NCBI GenBank assembly: GCA_014061035.1
Contig: JACGMN010000007.1
Location: 1 to 34,233, forward strand
DNA from: Candidatus Methanophagales archaeon
GTDB lineage: Archaea; Halobacteriota; Syntropharchaeia; Alkanophagales; Methanospirareceae
Length of the DNA stretch: 34,233 nt
Reading direction: 5' to 3'
Below the pieces are notes generated by a model. The model ran no database searches and was not told the origin of the DNA. It saw only the letters and a list, made by a program, of their open reading frames with translations. Made by a program: the position numbers and the translations under genes. Of this stretch, positions 1 through 9,473 are shown one piece after another; position 1 is the first letter of the stretch; the number at the start of each line of letters is the position of its first letter.

Positions 1-938
1 CATAGCGAATAAAAATGTTTTTTGCAATTCTCTATCTGTATTTTAGGCTCTCCGAGCTTTACACGCTCCTTGTGTTCTATCCCCACCACTTGCTTCTCAA
101 ACTCTTCTACTACGGTCTTTGAATCGCCATAGGCAATAATCTCGCCATGATCCAGCCATAACGCTTTCTCAGTTAGTTCTTTAATTGTAGAGGGCCAATG
201 CGACGTGGTTATCAAAGTCATTCCAGCCTTTGTACCATCTATCAACGCTTTATGCACCAGCTTTCCAGTCTTTACGTCCAACGTTCCTGTCGGCTCATCA
301 GCTAACAGTAGGATTGGGTCTAATGCCAGTTGCCGCGCTAGCACCACTCGCTGTTTCTCGCCGCCGCTAAGATCGGTCGCAGGAAAGCTTATTCGATGGA
401 TCATCTTTACGGCTTTCAGCAATTCATACGCCCTTCTAACGCGCTGCTCTACTGGATATTTTCTGCTATCCAATGCATGTAAGACGTTATACATGACTGT
501 CTCATCACCGTATAACCCGAACGTGCGCTGCAGCATGATAGCTACACGCCTCTTTATCTTCCTCCGTGCATCTCTATCTTTCCAGTAATTCACTTCACGC
601 AATTCTAACTTGCTCCCGCACTTGGGGCACGTCGACCCTACTTTGCTCGGAGGCTCTATCGTTCCGAGCAGTGGATGAGTCCACTCATGCAGCTCCTCTC
701 TATCTAGATAATCTGGACAGATCGCAACACTGAAGATTACCTCTCCCTGTACCGGTGCATATTCCTCCGTCCCGCGCAGCATGTGAAGCAGAACCGATTT
801 CCCTGACCCACTCCGTCCAAGCAAACCTAATGACTCGCCTTCATTTATTACTACACTCACGTTCTTCAAAACCTCTTTGCCATTAAACTCATTAGAGACG
901 TCAGAGATTCTTATGAACGGCTCACCTTTTCTGACCAT
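1..938 (-). CDS. atwA: Methyl-coenzyme M reductase system component A2 (ABC-type ATPase), 5' part; runs off the window edge
   Basis: Absent from the ORF track; translated by hand from the ATG at 938. MVRKGEPFIRISDV..., Walker A GRSGSGKS, CPKCG, RRVAIMLQRTFGLY, LSGGEKQRVVLARQLA, ADEPTGTLD and TSHWP all fit AtwA. Confidence 0.9.
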   Translation of the reverse strand, partial: MVRKGEPFIRISDVSNEFNGKEVLKNVSVVINEGESLGLLGRSGSGKSVLLHMLRGTEEYAPVQGEVIFSVAICPDYLDREELHEWTHPLLGTIEPPSKVGSTCPKCGSKLELREVNYWKDRDARRKIKRRVAIMLQRTFGLYGDETVMYNVLHALDSRKYPVEQRVRRAYELLKAVKMIHRISFPATDLSGGEKQRVVLARQLALDPILLLADEPTGTLDVKTGKLVHKALIDGTKAGMTLITTSHWPSTIKELTEKALWLDHGEIIAYGDSKTVVEEFEKQVVGIEHKERVKLGEPKIQIENCKKHFYSL

Positions 939-962
939 TTATTTATTCATACCTCCACTGCA

Positions 963-2093
963 TCATTCGCATTTCACAACAACTTTTTTCTCTCTTATCA
1001 GAGTACCTCGCATATATTGAGAAGTCTTTACACCTATAAATGATATGGTAATTGCGCCGAGGATAGAAGAAAAAAGTGTTAAATATCCCAGTAGATAATT
1101 ACCAGCATTTAACCAGATTATGCACATACTCCCGCCCCACAGAACCAGTCCAGAGGCAATTATAGTGGATAATATTGCCCACTGCTTCACTATTTTACCT
1201 CCTTCTATAAGCTTATTTATCATCTGTCCAATGAGAGGCGATATTGCTACCGCGGTGTACCACCAGATGCTGTGGTTTACAAAGTACACAATACTAACAA
1301 TTATATGCGCATTCTTGACATCCGGATCGATATATTCCAATCCCGCGGCACCGTGGAAGGTTCCAGCTAATATAAGCACAAATGCAACGATATATGTGAC
1401 AAACGATAGCTTACCGCTGTATAATGAATTCTTCACGCTATCAACCAATTCTATAACGAGATCCTCACGTCCGAATCCCTTGAGTATCGTGTAAAAGCCT
1501 ATAATTCCTATGATTGCCGCAATCACTATATTTGTGAAGCCGAAGAGTAAAGAAAAGGCTAATAAGAGCAAAATCAGACCGATTGGCGGCAGGAACGTAC
1601 GTGAGAACCTCGTGTCATTTAACAATCCTTTGATCATATAAAAAGTGCTCTCTAATGGCTCACTCTGTTTCACCAGTACTCGCCTGACCGAGTCTATCTT
1701 TACACGCGACTGAATAAGTGGGACAATTGATTCATCCTCGGCACCATCACTCACGAGAATGGCAGAATCTGCCCGGCATTTAAAGAGGACTTCGTCAAAT
1801 TCTCGGCCTATTTTTCTATCAGATTCTATACCTACCCTCTTATCGCCCGTGATCAAAGCGACTTCCGCTATCTCGTTCGCGTCTTCTCCACGTGAACTCA
1901 AGCGGTCATATATCCTTATTGCTTCAAAGATCGCATTTATATCGGATTCTTCAGGATCCGCGAGAGCCAGCTTTGTTGCTGCGGATAAAAGTGCCTGTTT
2001 ACCGGTAATAGGTGTCGTTAAACCGGCTTTCTCGCCCATGTCGTTGTCGCGATCAACGCAAATAACGAGCGTCTTTTTGATTTTAGACTCCAC
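963..2093 (-). CDS. DUF373 family membrane protein
   Basis: N-terminal LVICVDRDND..G, LALADPEESD.N, VSDGAEDE and VKQS..LESTFY motifs, followed by several transmembrane helices. Confidence 0.85.
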   Translation of the reverse strand: MESKIKKTLVICVDRDNDMGEKAGLTTPITGKQALLSAATKLALADPEESDINAIFEAIRIYDRLSSRGEDANEIAEVALITGDKRVGIESDRKIGREFDEVLFKCRADSAILVSDGAEDESIVPLIQSRVKIDSVRRVLVKQSEPLESTFYMIKGLLNDTRFSRTFLPPIGLILLLLAFSLLFGFTNIVIAAIIGIIGFYTILKGFGREDLVIELVDSVKNSLYSGKLSFVTYIVAFVLILAGTFHGAAGLEYIDPDVKNAHIIVSIVYFVNHSIWWYTAVAISPLIGQMINKLIEGGKIVKQWAILSTIIASGLVLWGGSMCIIWLNAGNYLLGYLTLFSSILGAITISFIGVKTSQYMRGTLIREKKVVVKCE

Positions 2094-2149
2094 CCTTCTT
2101 TCTCCTTATAAAATATAGTTCCCTTCTGTTCCCTTCTATTTATATCTAG

Positions 2150-2335
2150 CAGGGGTTCATGGGTTCATGGGTTCACGGTTCACGATTCACGGTTTAAGGT
2201 TAGACATATAAAAATCCTAAACTCTAATTTTCTAAATACTGAACAATTTCAAAATCCAAATATCAAAATATATACTGGATCCATGATCTATGAACCTTGA
2301 ACCGTGAACCCTGACCCCCTGGCCCCCGAACCCTG
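2150..2335. repeat. Family A element: (GGTTCAN)n left arm and (NTGAACC)n right arm, with a different AT-rich heptamer array inside
   Basis: 2150-2200 reads ggttcatgggttcatgggttcacggttcacgattcacggtttaaggtt; 2290-2335 reads tgaaccttgaaccgtgaaccctga...gaaccctg. It lies just downstream of the purF stop. Confidence 0.85.
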
Positions 2336-2340
2336 ATCAG

Positions 2341-3810
2341 CTATCGTTCGAATTGCGATAGTTTCAACTGGTGCAGTATACAGATTTCACCCGGTATTTC
2401 AACAGGATATTCTCCGGTTAGACAGCCTAAACAGAGATTCTCCACATCTATCCCTATGGACTCTATCAACCCTTCTATGCTCAGATACTGTATTGAATCA
2501 ACATTTAAAAACGTACCTATCTCATCAAGGGACTTCTTCCAAGCCACCAACTCCTCCCTTCTCGGAGTATCGATGCCGAGGTAACAAGGCGCTATGATTG
2601 GCGGGCTTCCGATTCGCAGATGCACCTCCTTCACACCTTTCTTCTTCAAATAATCCACGATAAGCCTCGAAGTGGTTCCACGTACGATGCTATCATCTAC
2701 CAGAATAATTCTCTTTTGCTCCACATTCGCCTGAACAACGTTTAATTTCAGCCGCACAGCAATATCTCTTGAAGTTTGCTCCGGCATGATAAAAGTCCTT
2801 CCCACATATCTGTTCTTTATAAAACTTTCCTTATAATCGATCTTTGATAGTTTTGCGTATCCTATTGCAGACGTGACGCCTGAGTCAGGTACCGGTGATA
2901 CGATGTCAGCATCGAGACTATGCTCCATTGCCAATCGCTCGCCGATTCGCATCCTCACGTCGTAGACTAACCGTCCGTCCAATATGGAATCAGGTCTCGC
3001 GAAATAGATGTATTCAAATACGCAATGAGCGCTATTTGTTCCTCTACACAATTGATGAGATTCTAAAGCAATCTCTTTTTTCCCTTGCTTTATCGGCGTC
3101 AGTATCAGCACCTCGCCCGGTCGTACATCTCGTATTAGAGTTCCACCTAACGTGTCTATCGCAGGGCTTTCGGATGCTATTATGTAGCCGTTCCCAAAAC
3201 TTCCGTCCTTTATCTCACCGATACAGAGCGGTTTAATGCCTAATGGATCTCTCACCGCTATTAATGTATTATTCACCAGAATAGCCAGTGAATAGGACCC
3301 TATCACAGATTTCATCACTTCTTTTAGTGCTTCTATCATAGAATTCCGCATCAATTTCTTCGCAAGTAACTGTGCTATCACCTCCGTATCTGTATCTGAA
3401 TGAAATATTCTGCCGTCTTGTTCCAGCTCACTTCTCAATTCCACGGCATTGACGAGATTGCCGTTATGTGCAATTGCAATCTTACCTTTCCTGTAATTCA
3501 CGAGTAAAGGTTCTGCATTCTCTATATTCGACGCGCCAGTCGTAGAGTACCTGACATGACCTATACCTAAGTTACCCTTCAACGATTCTAACCGTTGCAG
3601 CGAGAAGACATCATGGACAAATCCCATTCCTTTTATCTGTGTTATACCCGTATTCGCATCTGCACCGTTACTTTTACTTATACTTACTGCTATACCTGCT
3701 GATTCCTGTCCCCGATGTTGTAACGCGTAGAGTGCATAATAGAGTGGCAAGGCAGCACTCCCGCTGGTTAAAGCACAGCCTGCTATTCCACATGCTTCTT
3801 TTTTATCCAC
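2341..3810 (-). CDS. purF: Amidophosphoribosyltransferase
   Basis: Short propeptide then CGIAG, LQHRGQESAG, GHVRYST, HNGN, CVFEYIYFARPDS, VDDSIVRGTT, and a CLGC Fe-S ligand motif. Confidence 0.97.
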   Translation of the reverse strand: MDKKEACGIAGCALTSGSAALPLYYALYALQHRGQESAGIAVSISKSNGADANTGITQIKGMGFVHDVFSLQRLESLKGNLGIGHVRYSTTGASNIENAEPLLVNYRKGKIAIAHNGNLVNAVELRSELEQDGRIFHSDTDTEVIAQLLAKKLMRNSMIEALKEVMKSVIGSYSLAILVNNTLIAVRDPLGIKPLCIGEIKDGSFGNGYIIASESPAIDTLGGTLIRDVRPGEVLILTPIKQGKKEIALESHQLCRGTNSAHCVFEYIYFARPDSILDGRLVYDVRMRIGERLAMEHSLDADIVSPVPDSGVTSAIGYAKLSKIDYKESFIKNRYVGRTFIMPEQTSRDIAVRLKLNVVQANVEQKRIILVDDSIVRGTTSRLIVDYLKKKGVKEVHLRIGSPPIIAPCYLGIDTPRREELVAWKKSLDEIGTFLNVDSIQYLSIEGLIESIGIDVENLCLGCLTGEYPVEIPGEICILHQLKLSQFER

Positions 3811-3813
3811 TAT

Positions 3814-4887
3814 TTATATGCCCCAATATTCCTTTTGTACTTTCTTTACTTCTTCTACTCTTCCCGCCACCTGCTTACTCGTACTGAACTCTCCTTCTTT
3901 TGGCTCGCGGCTACGGCTACGGCTACGGCTATGACTACTTGATAAAAGTGAATTAAATACAGATAGAGCCGATTCCGCGATAGCATCCAGGTTATATCCT
4001 CCTTCCAAAGCCATTGCAATTCTTCCTCCACAGTTCTCTTCCGCTATCGCAGCTATCAGGTCCATGAATAGCCCAAAACCCGACGATGTTACGTGCATAG
4101 ATGCTAAAGGGTCTGCGGTATGTGCATCAAATCCTGCGGATACGAGCAGAAATTCCGGACCGAACTCCGCAGCTATTGGCATCAGGATATTGTTGAGCGC
4201 ATATAAATAGCCCACGTCATCAGTACCAGCCGGAAGCGGGAGGTTAACGGTAAAACCCTCCCCTTCACCTTCACCTACCTCATCTATCCCTCCTGTATGC
4301 GGATAGTGTGGATATTGATGTGTAGAAAAATACAGGACTGACCGGTCCTCGAAGAAGAGATCTTGCGTACCATTACCATGATGCACATCCCAATCGACTA
4401 TCAAAATGCGTTTAATGCCATAGTTCCGCTTCAAATGTTCAGTTGCAATCGCTAAGTTGTTGAATATACAAAAACCCATGCCTTTACTCGAAGTAGCGTG
4501 ATGTCCCGGCGGTCTCACCAGCGCGAAGACATGCTTTAGGTTATTAGATTCATCCATCACTCCATCTACAGCTTTCAGCACACCACCCGCTGCAAGTAAT
4601 GCTATATTGTACGAATCACTGCATAACGGCGTATCCGGGTCTAACATTCCACCACCTCTATCGCAGATTGCTTCTACCCTCCTTACATAAGCGTCTGTAT
4701 GCACACGCACTATATCTTCCCGCGATGCGTTTACCGGCTGAAGTCGCTCTATCCTCCCGCTCATAAGACCCTGCTCTTCCAACTTTTGCAATATGCTTAT
4801 TAATCGGTTTGCACTCTCAGGATGATTCCTACCTGTATCATGCTTCAAGTAGTCTTCGTGATAGACAAATCCAGTTGCTGTGTTCAT
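3814..4887 (-). CDS. Histone deacetylase / AcuC family Zn-dependent deacylase
   Basis: HPE..RL, RPPGHHA, GFCIFNN, DWDVHHGNGTQ, SAGFDAH..DPL and LEGGY motifs. Confidence 0.95.
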   Translation of the reverse strand: MNTATGFVYHEDYLKHDTGRNHPESANRLISILQKLEEQGLMSGRIERLQPVNASREDIVRVHTDAYVRRVEAICDRGGGMLDPDTPLCSDSYNIALLAAGGVLKAVDGVMDESNNLKHVFALVRPPGHHATSSKGMGFCIFNNLAIATEHLKRNYGIKRILIVDWDVHHGNGTQDLFFEDRSVLYFSTHQYPHYPHTGGIDEVGEGEGEGFTVNLPLPAGTDDVGYLYALNNILMPIAAEFGPEFLLVSAGFDAHTADPLASMHVTSSGFGLFMDLIAAIAEENCGGRIAMALEGGYNLDAIAESALSVFNSLLSSSHSRSRSRSREPKEGEFSTSKQVAGRVEEVKKVQKEYWGI

Positions 4888-5039
4888 CTCATCGTTCTAC
4901 AGGTAGTCGACTTACTAAAGAATTATATTTTTAAACGTTAAATTAATTATGATATTATAGTATTAGTATAGAGTATAGCGAAACAAATAATTTGAGGCTG
5001 AAGGCAGGGGAGGCTGAAGGCGGGGGAGGCTGAGGGTAG

Positions 5040-5558
5040 ATGAAAAAAATATTAATCGAACTGTGTAGAGGTCTGATAGAGGCGCTGGTAATTGTTGTCC
5101 TCATAGTCTCAGTAGCATACGCAGCTACGGGGTCGTGGCATATAGGATTTGCTATTGAGTCCGGGAGCATGGAACCAAATATGAATGAAGGTGATTTAAT
5201 CTTCGTGCAAGCGCCGCAGCGCACAGATATTGTAACATACGAAGACGGTAAACTGCTCAATCATAGGTCATTCGGCGATTATGGTGACGTTATCATCTTT
5301 CGTCCAGATGGGCTAAACGATGTAACGCCAATAATACACCGTGCGATGTACTGGGTAGAGGCCGGAGAGAAGATGCCGAATGATAAGCCTGCGCCACATG
5401 CGGGGTTTATAACTAAAGGAGATAATAATCCTGATTATGATCAGTCAGCGTTTATGCTCGGAATTGAGCCGGTGAAGCCTGAATGGGTGATAGCGGTGGC
5501 GAGAATACAGGTACCGTACTTGGGGTATCCCTCGCTCATCTTGAGGAAAGCTTTTTAA
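5040..5558 (+). CDS. Archaeal signal peptidase I (S26, Sec11-like)
   Basis: N-terminal transmembrane segment, SGSMEP (catalytic Ser), GDVIIF, PIIHR (catalytic His), TKGDNN. Confidence 0.9.
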   Translation: MKKILIELCRGLIEALVIVVLIVSVAYAATGSWHIGFAIESGSMEPNMNEGDLIFVQAPQRTDIVTYEDGKLLNHRSFGDYGDVIIFRPDGLNDVTPIIHRAMYWVEAGEKMPNDKPAPHAGFITKGDNNPDYDQSAFMLGIEPVKPEWVIAVARIQVPYLGYPSLILRKAF

Positions 5559-5616
5559 ACAGAAGATTAGACGATAAATTAGACGATAAGATAGAGAAAT
5601 AAGGAACTAAATAAAA

Positions 5617-6117
5617 ATGGGTAGAAAGCCAGCTCGTATGTACACGAGAGTCTCAGGACATGCATTTGTGCGCAAAGAATATATGAAAGGGGTTCCAGGT
5701 AGCAAGATAGCTATCTTCGATATGGGCAATCCCGGCGGAGAGTTTCACGCCACTTTGTTTTTAGTCGCAAAGGAAGCTTGTCAAATACGGCACAATGCAT
5801 TGGAAGCCGCGCGGATATTCGCGAACAGGTATCTGGTGAAAGGTGTCGGGCGGAAGAATTTCTACCTGAAGATACGAGTGTATCCGCATCACGTTCTGAG
5901 AGAGAACAAGCTGGCAACCGGTGCAGGTGCAGACCGGATATCGAGTGGTATGCGACAGGCATTTGGGAGACCGATCGGGACAGCAGCGCGGGTGAAGAGA
6001 GGACAGAAGATGCTGAGCGTCGGGATCGATGAGCAGAATCTCGAGTACGCAAAGGAAGCGTTGGAGCGCGCAAGTTATAAACTGCCTACACCGTGTAAGA
6101 TTGTTAGAGATAAATGA
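5617..6117 (+). CDS. rpl10e: 50S ribosomal protein L10e (uL16)
   Basis: [50 protein letters not shown]. Confidence 0.96.
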   Translation: MGRKPARMYTRVSGHAFVRKEYMKGVPGSKIAIFDMGNPGGEFHATLFLVAKEACQIRHNALEAARIFANRYLVKGVGRKNFYLKIRVYPHHVLRENKLATGAGADRISSGMRQAFGRPIGTAARVKRGQKMLSVGIDEQNLEYAKEALERASYKLPTPCKIVRDK

Positions 6118-7304
6118 AAAAAGTAGTGCTTGCCTATTCCGGTGGATTGGACACTTCGGTCTGCATTCCACTGTTGCGAGAGCATTATGGCTATGACGAA
6201 GTAATTTCCGTGCTGGTGGACGTAGGACAGCAGGAAGCAGATATAATCAGGGCTGTAGAAAGGGGCAAGAGGCTCAGTGACATATTCAAGCTGATAAATG
6301 CTCAGGACGAATTTGTCTCTGATTACATCTTCCCGTTGATAAAAGCGAACGGTAACTACGAGGGCTATGTGCTTGGGACCGCGATCGCGAGATCATTAAT
6401 AGCAAAGAAAGTGGTAGAAGTTGCGAAGGACGAGAATGCAGAAGCCGTAGCACATGGCTGCACCGGCAAAGGTAACGATCAGCTCAGATTTGATGCCGTC
6501 TTCTGGGCTGCTGACCTGGATGTTATCGCACCGGTAAGAGAGCTGAGTTTGACACGTGAAGAAGAGAAGAAATATGCATTGGAGCATGGCATCTCGTTTG
6601 AAGCAGAGAAGAGGTGGAGCATAGACGAAAATATCTGGAGCCGGAGTATAGGCGGTAGTGAATTAGAGAATCCTGCTTTTTTTCCGCCTGAAGAAGTATA
6701 TCAATGGACTGTTTCTCAAGATAAGGCGCCGGACAATGCAGATATTATAAAGATCGAGTTCGCGCAGGGTATCCCGGTCTCGGTGGACGGACAAAGTACT
6801 ACCACTACCGGCGTATCGCTTATAAATGCGTTGAACAAAGTGGGTGGCAAGCACGGCGTTGGTAGAACAGATATGATCGAAGATCGGGTCCTTGGCTACA
6901 AGGCACGAGAGACGTATGAGCATCCCGCCGCCACGATATTATTGGAAGCGCATCGTGATCTCGAACGACTTGTTCTAACAAGAAACGAGTTGAGGTTCAA
7001 AGAGTTTGTTGATAGGACGTGGAGTGAGCTGGTATATCAGGGTTTAGTCATGGACCCGCTGTATGATGCTCTTAATGCCTTTATAGAGAGGACGCAGGAG
7101 AGGGTGAACGGTGCAGTATATGTGAAGCTGGAGAGGGGTCTTGCACGCGTAGTGGGAAGAGAATCGAAGAACTCGTTATATTCTTCTACTGACGTATCAT
7201 TTGAGACAAGGCAGGAGCAAGGGCAGAAAGGGCAGGGGCAAGGGATAGTCGAAGGTTTCTCTATCTATCACAGTTTTCAGGCGCGAAAGTTCAGTGAATT
7301 GTAA
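6114..7304 (+). CDS. argG: Argininosuccinate synthase
   Basis: [50 protein letters not shown]. Overlaps the rpl10e stop (ATGA). Confidence 0.97.
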   Translation: MKKVVLAYSGGLDTSVCIPLLREHYGYDEVISVLVDVGQQEADIIRAVERGKRLSDIFKLINAQDEFVSDYIFPLIKANGNYEGYVLGTAIARSLIAKKVVEVAKDENAEAVAHGCTGKGNDQLRFDAVFWAADLDVIAPVRELSLTREEEKKYALEHGISFEAEKRWSIDENIWSRSIGGSELENPAFFPPEEVYQWTVSQDKAPDNADIIKIEFAQGIPVSVDGQSTTTTGVSLINALNKVGGKHGVGRTDMIEDRVLGYKARETYEHPAATILLEAHRDLERLVLTRNELRFKEFVDRTWSELVYQGLVMDPLYDALNAFIERTQERVNGAVYVKLERGLARVVGRESKNSLYSSTDVSFETRQEQGQKGQGQGIVEGFSIYHSFQARKFSEL

Positions 7305-7311
7305 ATATGCA

Positions 7312-7464
7312 GTAACTACTTAGGTTGCCAGGTTCAAGGTTCAAGGTTCGGGGTTCTTCGCATTATCTTCATACTGCAAGCTTATGTTCTTCGTTTTCTA
7401 ATCTTGAACCTTGAACCTCAAATCGTGAACCGTGAACCCAGGAACTTTGAACCTGAGTAGCTAC
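7312..7464 (-). mobile_element. Family A MITE-like element, 153 bp, with 15-bp TIRs and inverted GGTTCAN arrays
   Basis: Left TIR gtaactacttaggtt (7312-7326) and right TIR aacctgagtagctac (7450-7464) match 13/15. The core is homologous to the copies at 9036 and 21626. The nadX stop codon lies inside the right TIR. Confidence 0.8.
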
Positions 7465-8309
7465 CCCAGACGCATAGAAAAAGATATGCGTTTCAGTGTT
7501 GCTATTGCAGAAAGGCTTGTTAAATAGCTCGTCTTTGGATTAGCAACCGAGGGGACGTTTCTTACACGGACGAATAAATCACCAAAATCTCCTCTTGCCT
7601 TTATTTCATGACTGTTCACTTTCGCAGCAGGGTCTGCAACTATCTTCACCTTTACCTCTGTATATGGACTCATACATGCAATGCACAATGTCGCAGCGAC
7701 ATTTACATTCTCAGGAAAATGCCTCACCGCTTCTTTCGCTGAGCCTATAAACAATGTTGTTGCCTCCTTTATCGATGAGAGATTTATCCCACGTTCTCTG
7801 ATATACGCATTCCCTTCGAATACCTGCGGATGCTTTCTCGTCGTTAATTCTACTGAATCGATTCTCCCAACGGCGCCGGCTTTGAGTCCATCTATCCCCG
7901 CTACAGCACCTGAAGGGATATACACCCCACATCCTTTCTCCTTTGAGATGCGTTCTATCTCTCCAAAAAGAGACGGATCGCTGAGTAGTGCACCGACACT
8001 CAAGATCATTACTTCTTTACGCTTTTTTAATGCCGGTATCAGATACTCACGAACTGCCGCCTGCGAGGCACACTCAATTACCAGATCGATCTCGTCTAAA
8101 ATTTCATCAAGTTCGGTACTATCTGTTTTTACTATCTCTGGCTTCTTTAAAAGAGTTTCACAGAGCGTCTCTATCTTCTCTGGACTGATGTCGATCAGAA
8201 ATTTTAACTCCATTCCTAAGTTTAACCTGCGGCTATTTACTTCATCCGTGTCTATTGCCTTGCAGATCTCACTTCCGATAGCGCCACAGCCAACAACGCC
8301 CACTCTCAT
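7461..8309 (-). CDS. nadX: L-aspartate dehydrogenase
   Basis: Rossmann motif GVVGCGAIG, plus ECAS, PSGAVAGIDG, TTRKHP, FPENVNVAATL and NPKTSYL. Confidence 0.93.
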   Translation of the reverse strand: MRVGVVGCGAIGSEICKAIDTDEVNSRRLNLGMELKFLIDISPEKIETLCETLLKKPEIVKTDSTELDEILDEIDLVIECASQAAVREYLIPALKKRKEVMILSVGALLSDPSLFGEIERISKEKGCGVYIPSGAVAGIDGLKAGAVGRIDSVELTTRKHPQVFEGNAYIRERGINLSSIKEATTLFIGSAKEAVRHFPENVNVAATLCIACMSPYTEVKVKIVADPAAKVNSHEIKARGDFGDLFVRVRNVPSVANPKTSYLTSLSAIATLKRISFSMRLG

Positions 8310-8354
8310 TTTTTTATAGTATATTTGATCGATTAATAATATATTATAATATAT

Positions 8355-9077
8355 ATGACGCGACCTTTTGTCTTTATAAATGCCGCAATGAGCGCAGACG
8401 GGAAGATCTCGACGGTAGAACGAAAGCAGACGAGAATAAGCGGTACGGAAGATATTGACAGGGTTGATTCACTGAAAGCAGGAAGCGATGCAATAATGGT
8501 CGGCATCGGCACTATTTTAGCTGATAACCCGTCTTTAACGGTGAAATCCGAAAGTAGAAGAGAGAAGAGAGATAAAGTAGGGAAGGATGCAAATCCCATC
8601 CGAATTGTAGTCGATAGCACGGCAAGAACACCGGTTGATGCTGAGATATTGAATAAAGGCGAGGGCAAACGGATCATTGCAGTTTCACAACGAGCAATTT
8701 TAGAGGACATCGATCTGTTAAGCAAGAAAGCGGATATTCTGGTCTGTGGCACTGAAAAAGTCGACTTGAAAGAGCTACTTCATATCTTGTGGCTGCGTGG
8801 TCTGCGCCGGGTGATGGTAGAAGGCGGTGCAACGCTGAACTGGTCCTTGATCTCAGAACAACTCGTTGACGAGATATATACATATATTGGCAATATGATA
8901 CTCGGCGGAGAAAGAGCACCCACGCTTGTGGATGGCGAAGGGTTCAAACTCGGCGGCGAGACGACTGGTGGGATAGTAAAGCTGGAGTTGTTACGTATGG
9001 TGAAACTGGACGCTGGTCTTTTACTGCAGTGGCGTGTTCAAGGTTCTCAGGGTTCAGGGTTCACGGTTCCGGGTTAG
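8355..9077 (+). CDS. arfC: 2,5-diamino-6-(ribosylamino)-4(3H)-pyrimidinone 5'-phosphate reductase (archaeal RibD-C)
   Basis: RPFVFINAAMSADGKI, DAIMVGIGT.LADNPSLTVK, VEGGATLN, APTLVDGEGF. The last ~13 residues derive from a repeat arm. Confidence 0.92.
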   Translation: MTRPFVFINAAMSADGKISTVERKQTRISGTEDIDRVDSLKAGSDAIMVGIGTILADNPSLTVKSESRREKRDKVGKDANPIRIVVDSTARTPVDAEILNKGEGKRIIAVSQRAILEDIDLLSKKADILVCGTEKVDLKELLHILWLRGLRRVMVEGGATLNWSLISEQLVDEIYTYIGNMILGGERAPTLVDGEGFKLGGETTGGIVKLELLRMVKLDAGLLLQWRVQGSQGSGFTVPG

Positions 9078-9260
9078 AAAACGATGAACATAACCCAGTA
9101 TGAAGATAAGGCAACCAATTGTGAACCGTGTGAACCTGACAACCTAAGTAGCACGTTCTGCCGTTCGTGGATTCATCAACTATCACAAGATATATGAAGG
9201 GTTGCAAGGCGAACAACCGTGAACCCTGAATCCTGAACCGTGAACCGTGAACCCTGAACC
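9036..9260 (+). mobile_element. Composite family A element (one unit plus a second right half) with four-helix-bundle-like gene remnants
   Basis: GGTTCAN arm 9036-9075; ATG at 9084 gives MNITQYEDK; TIR-like aacctaagtagcac at 9141-9154; 9151-9222 reads ARSAVRGFINYHKIYEGLQGEQP*; TGAACC arm continues to 9260. Confidence 0.75.
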
Positions 9261-9358
9261 TATAAGAAGCCCCTTAAATATAATGTTTACGTTAGTATAA
9301 TTTACTTTGTAGCATTTACTTTGTAGCACGCACACCACGCACTGAGGTGTAAGAACAA

Positions 9359-9433
9359 GGGCTCGTAGCTTAGCACGGTTGGAGCGCTCGGCTGATAACC
9401 GAGAGGTCCGGAGTTCAAATCTCCGCGGGCCCA
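9359..9433 (+). tRNA. tRNA-Ile (GAT)
   Basis: Acceptor stem GGGCTCG/CGGGCCC plus discriminator A; anticodon arm CTCGG-CT-GAT-AA-CCGAG; T arm CGGAG-TTCAAAT-CTCCG. No intron and no encoded CCA. Confidence 0.97.
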
Positions 9434-9442
9434 TCAACAAAC

Positions 9443-9450
9443 TTTTTTTT
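9443..9450 (+). terminator. Possible oligo-T terminator after tRNA-Ile
   Basis: A run of 8 T about 10 nt downstream of the tRNA 3' end. Oligo-T tracts are typical archaeal terminators. Confidence 0.4.
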
Positions 9451-9473
9451 AGCGGAGAAAATAGGAGAGTGGA

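Noticed and set aside
205..588. 127-aa plus-strand ORF
   Set aside because: Antisense to atwA, which the ORF track missed because it runs off the window edge.
7312..7464. Classical IS element or integron attC cassette array
   Set aside because: No transposase or integrase is present, I could not identify a convincing target-site duplication, and the elements are dispersed singly rather than arrayed. They are kept only as MITE-like relics.
9036..9260. Diversity-generating retroelement, suggested by the Avd-like fold of the inferred cargo
   Set aside because: There is no reverse transcriptase and no template/variable repeat pair with adenine-specific mismatches in the window.
9183..9440. 85-aa minus-strand ORF
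   Set aside because: It is the antisense reading of tRNA-Ile plus a repeat arm (GSGFTVHGSGFRVHG).
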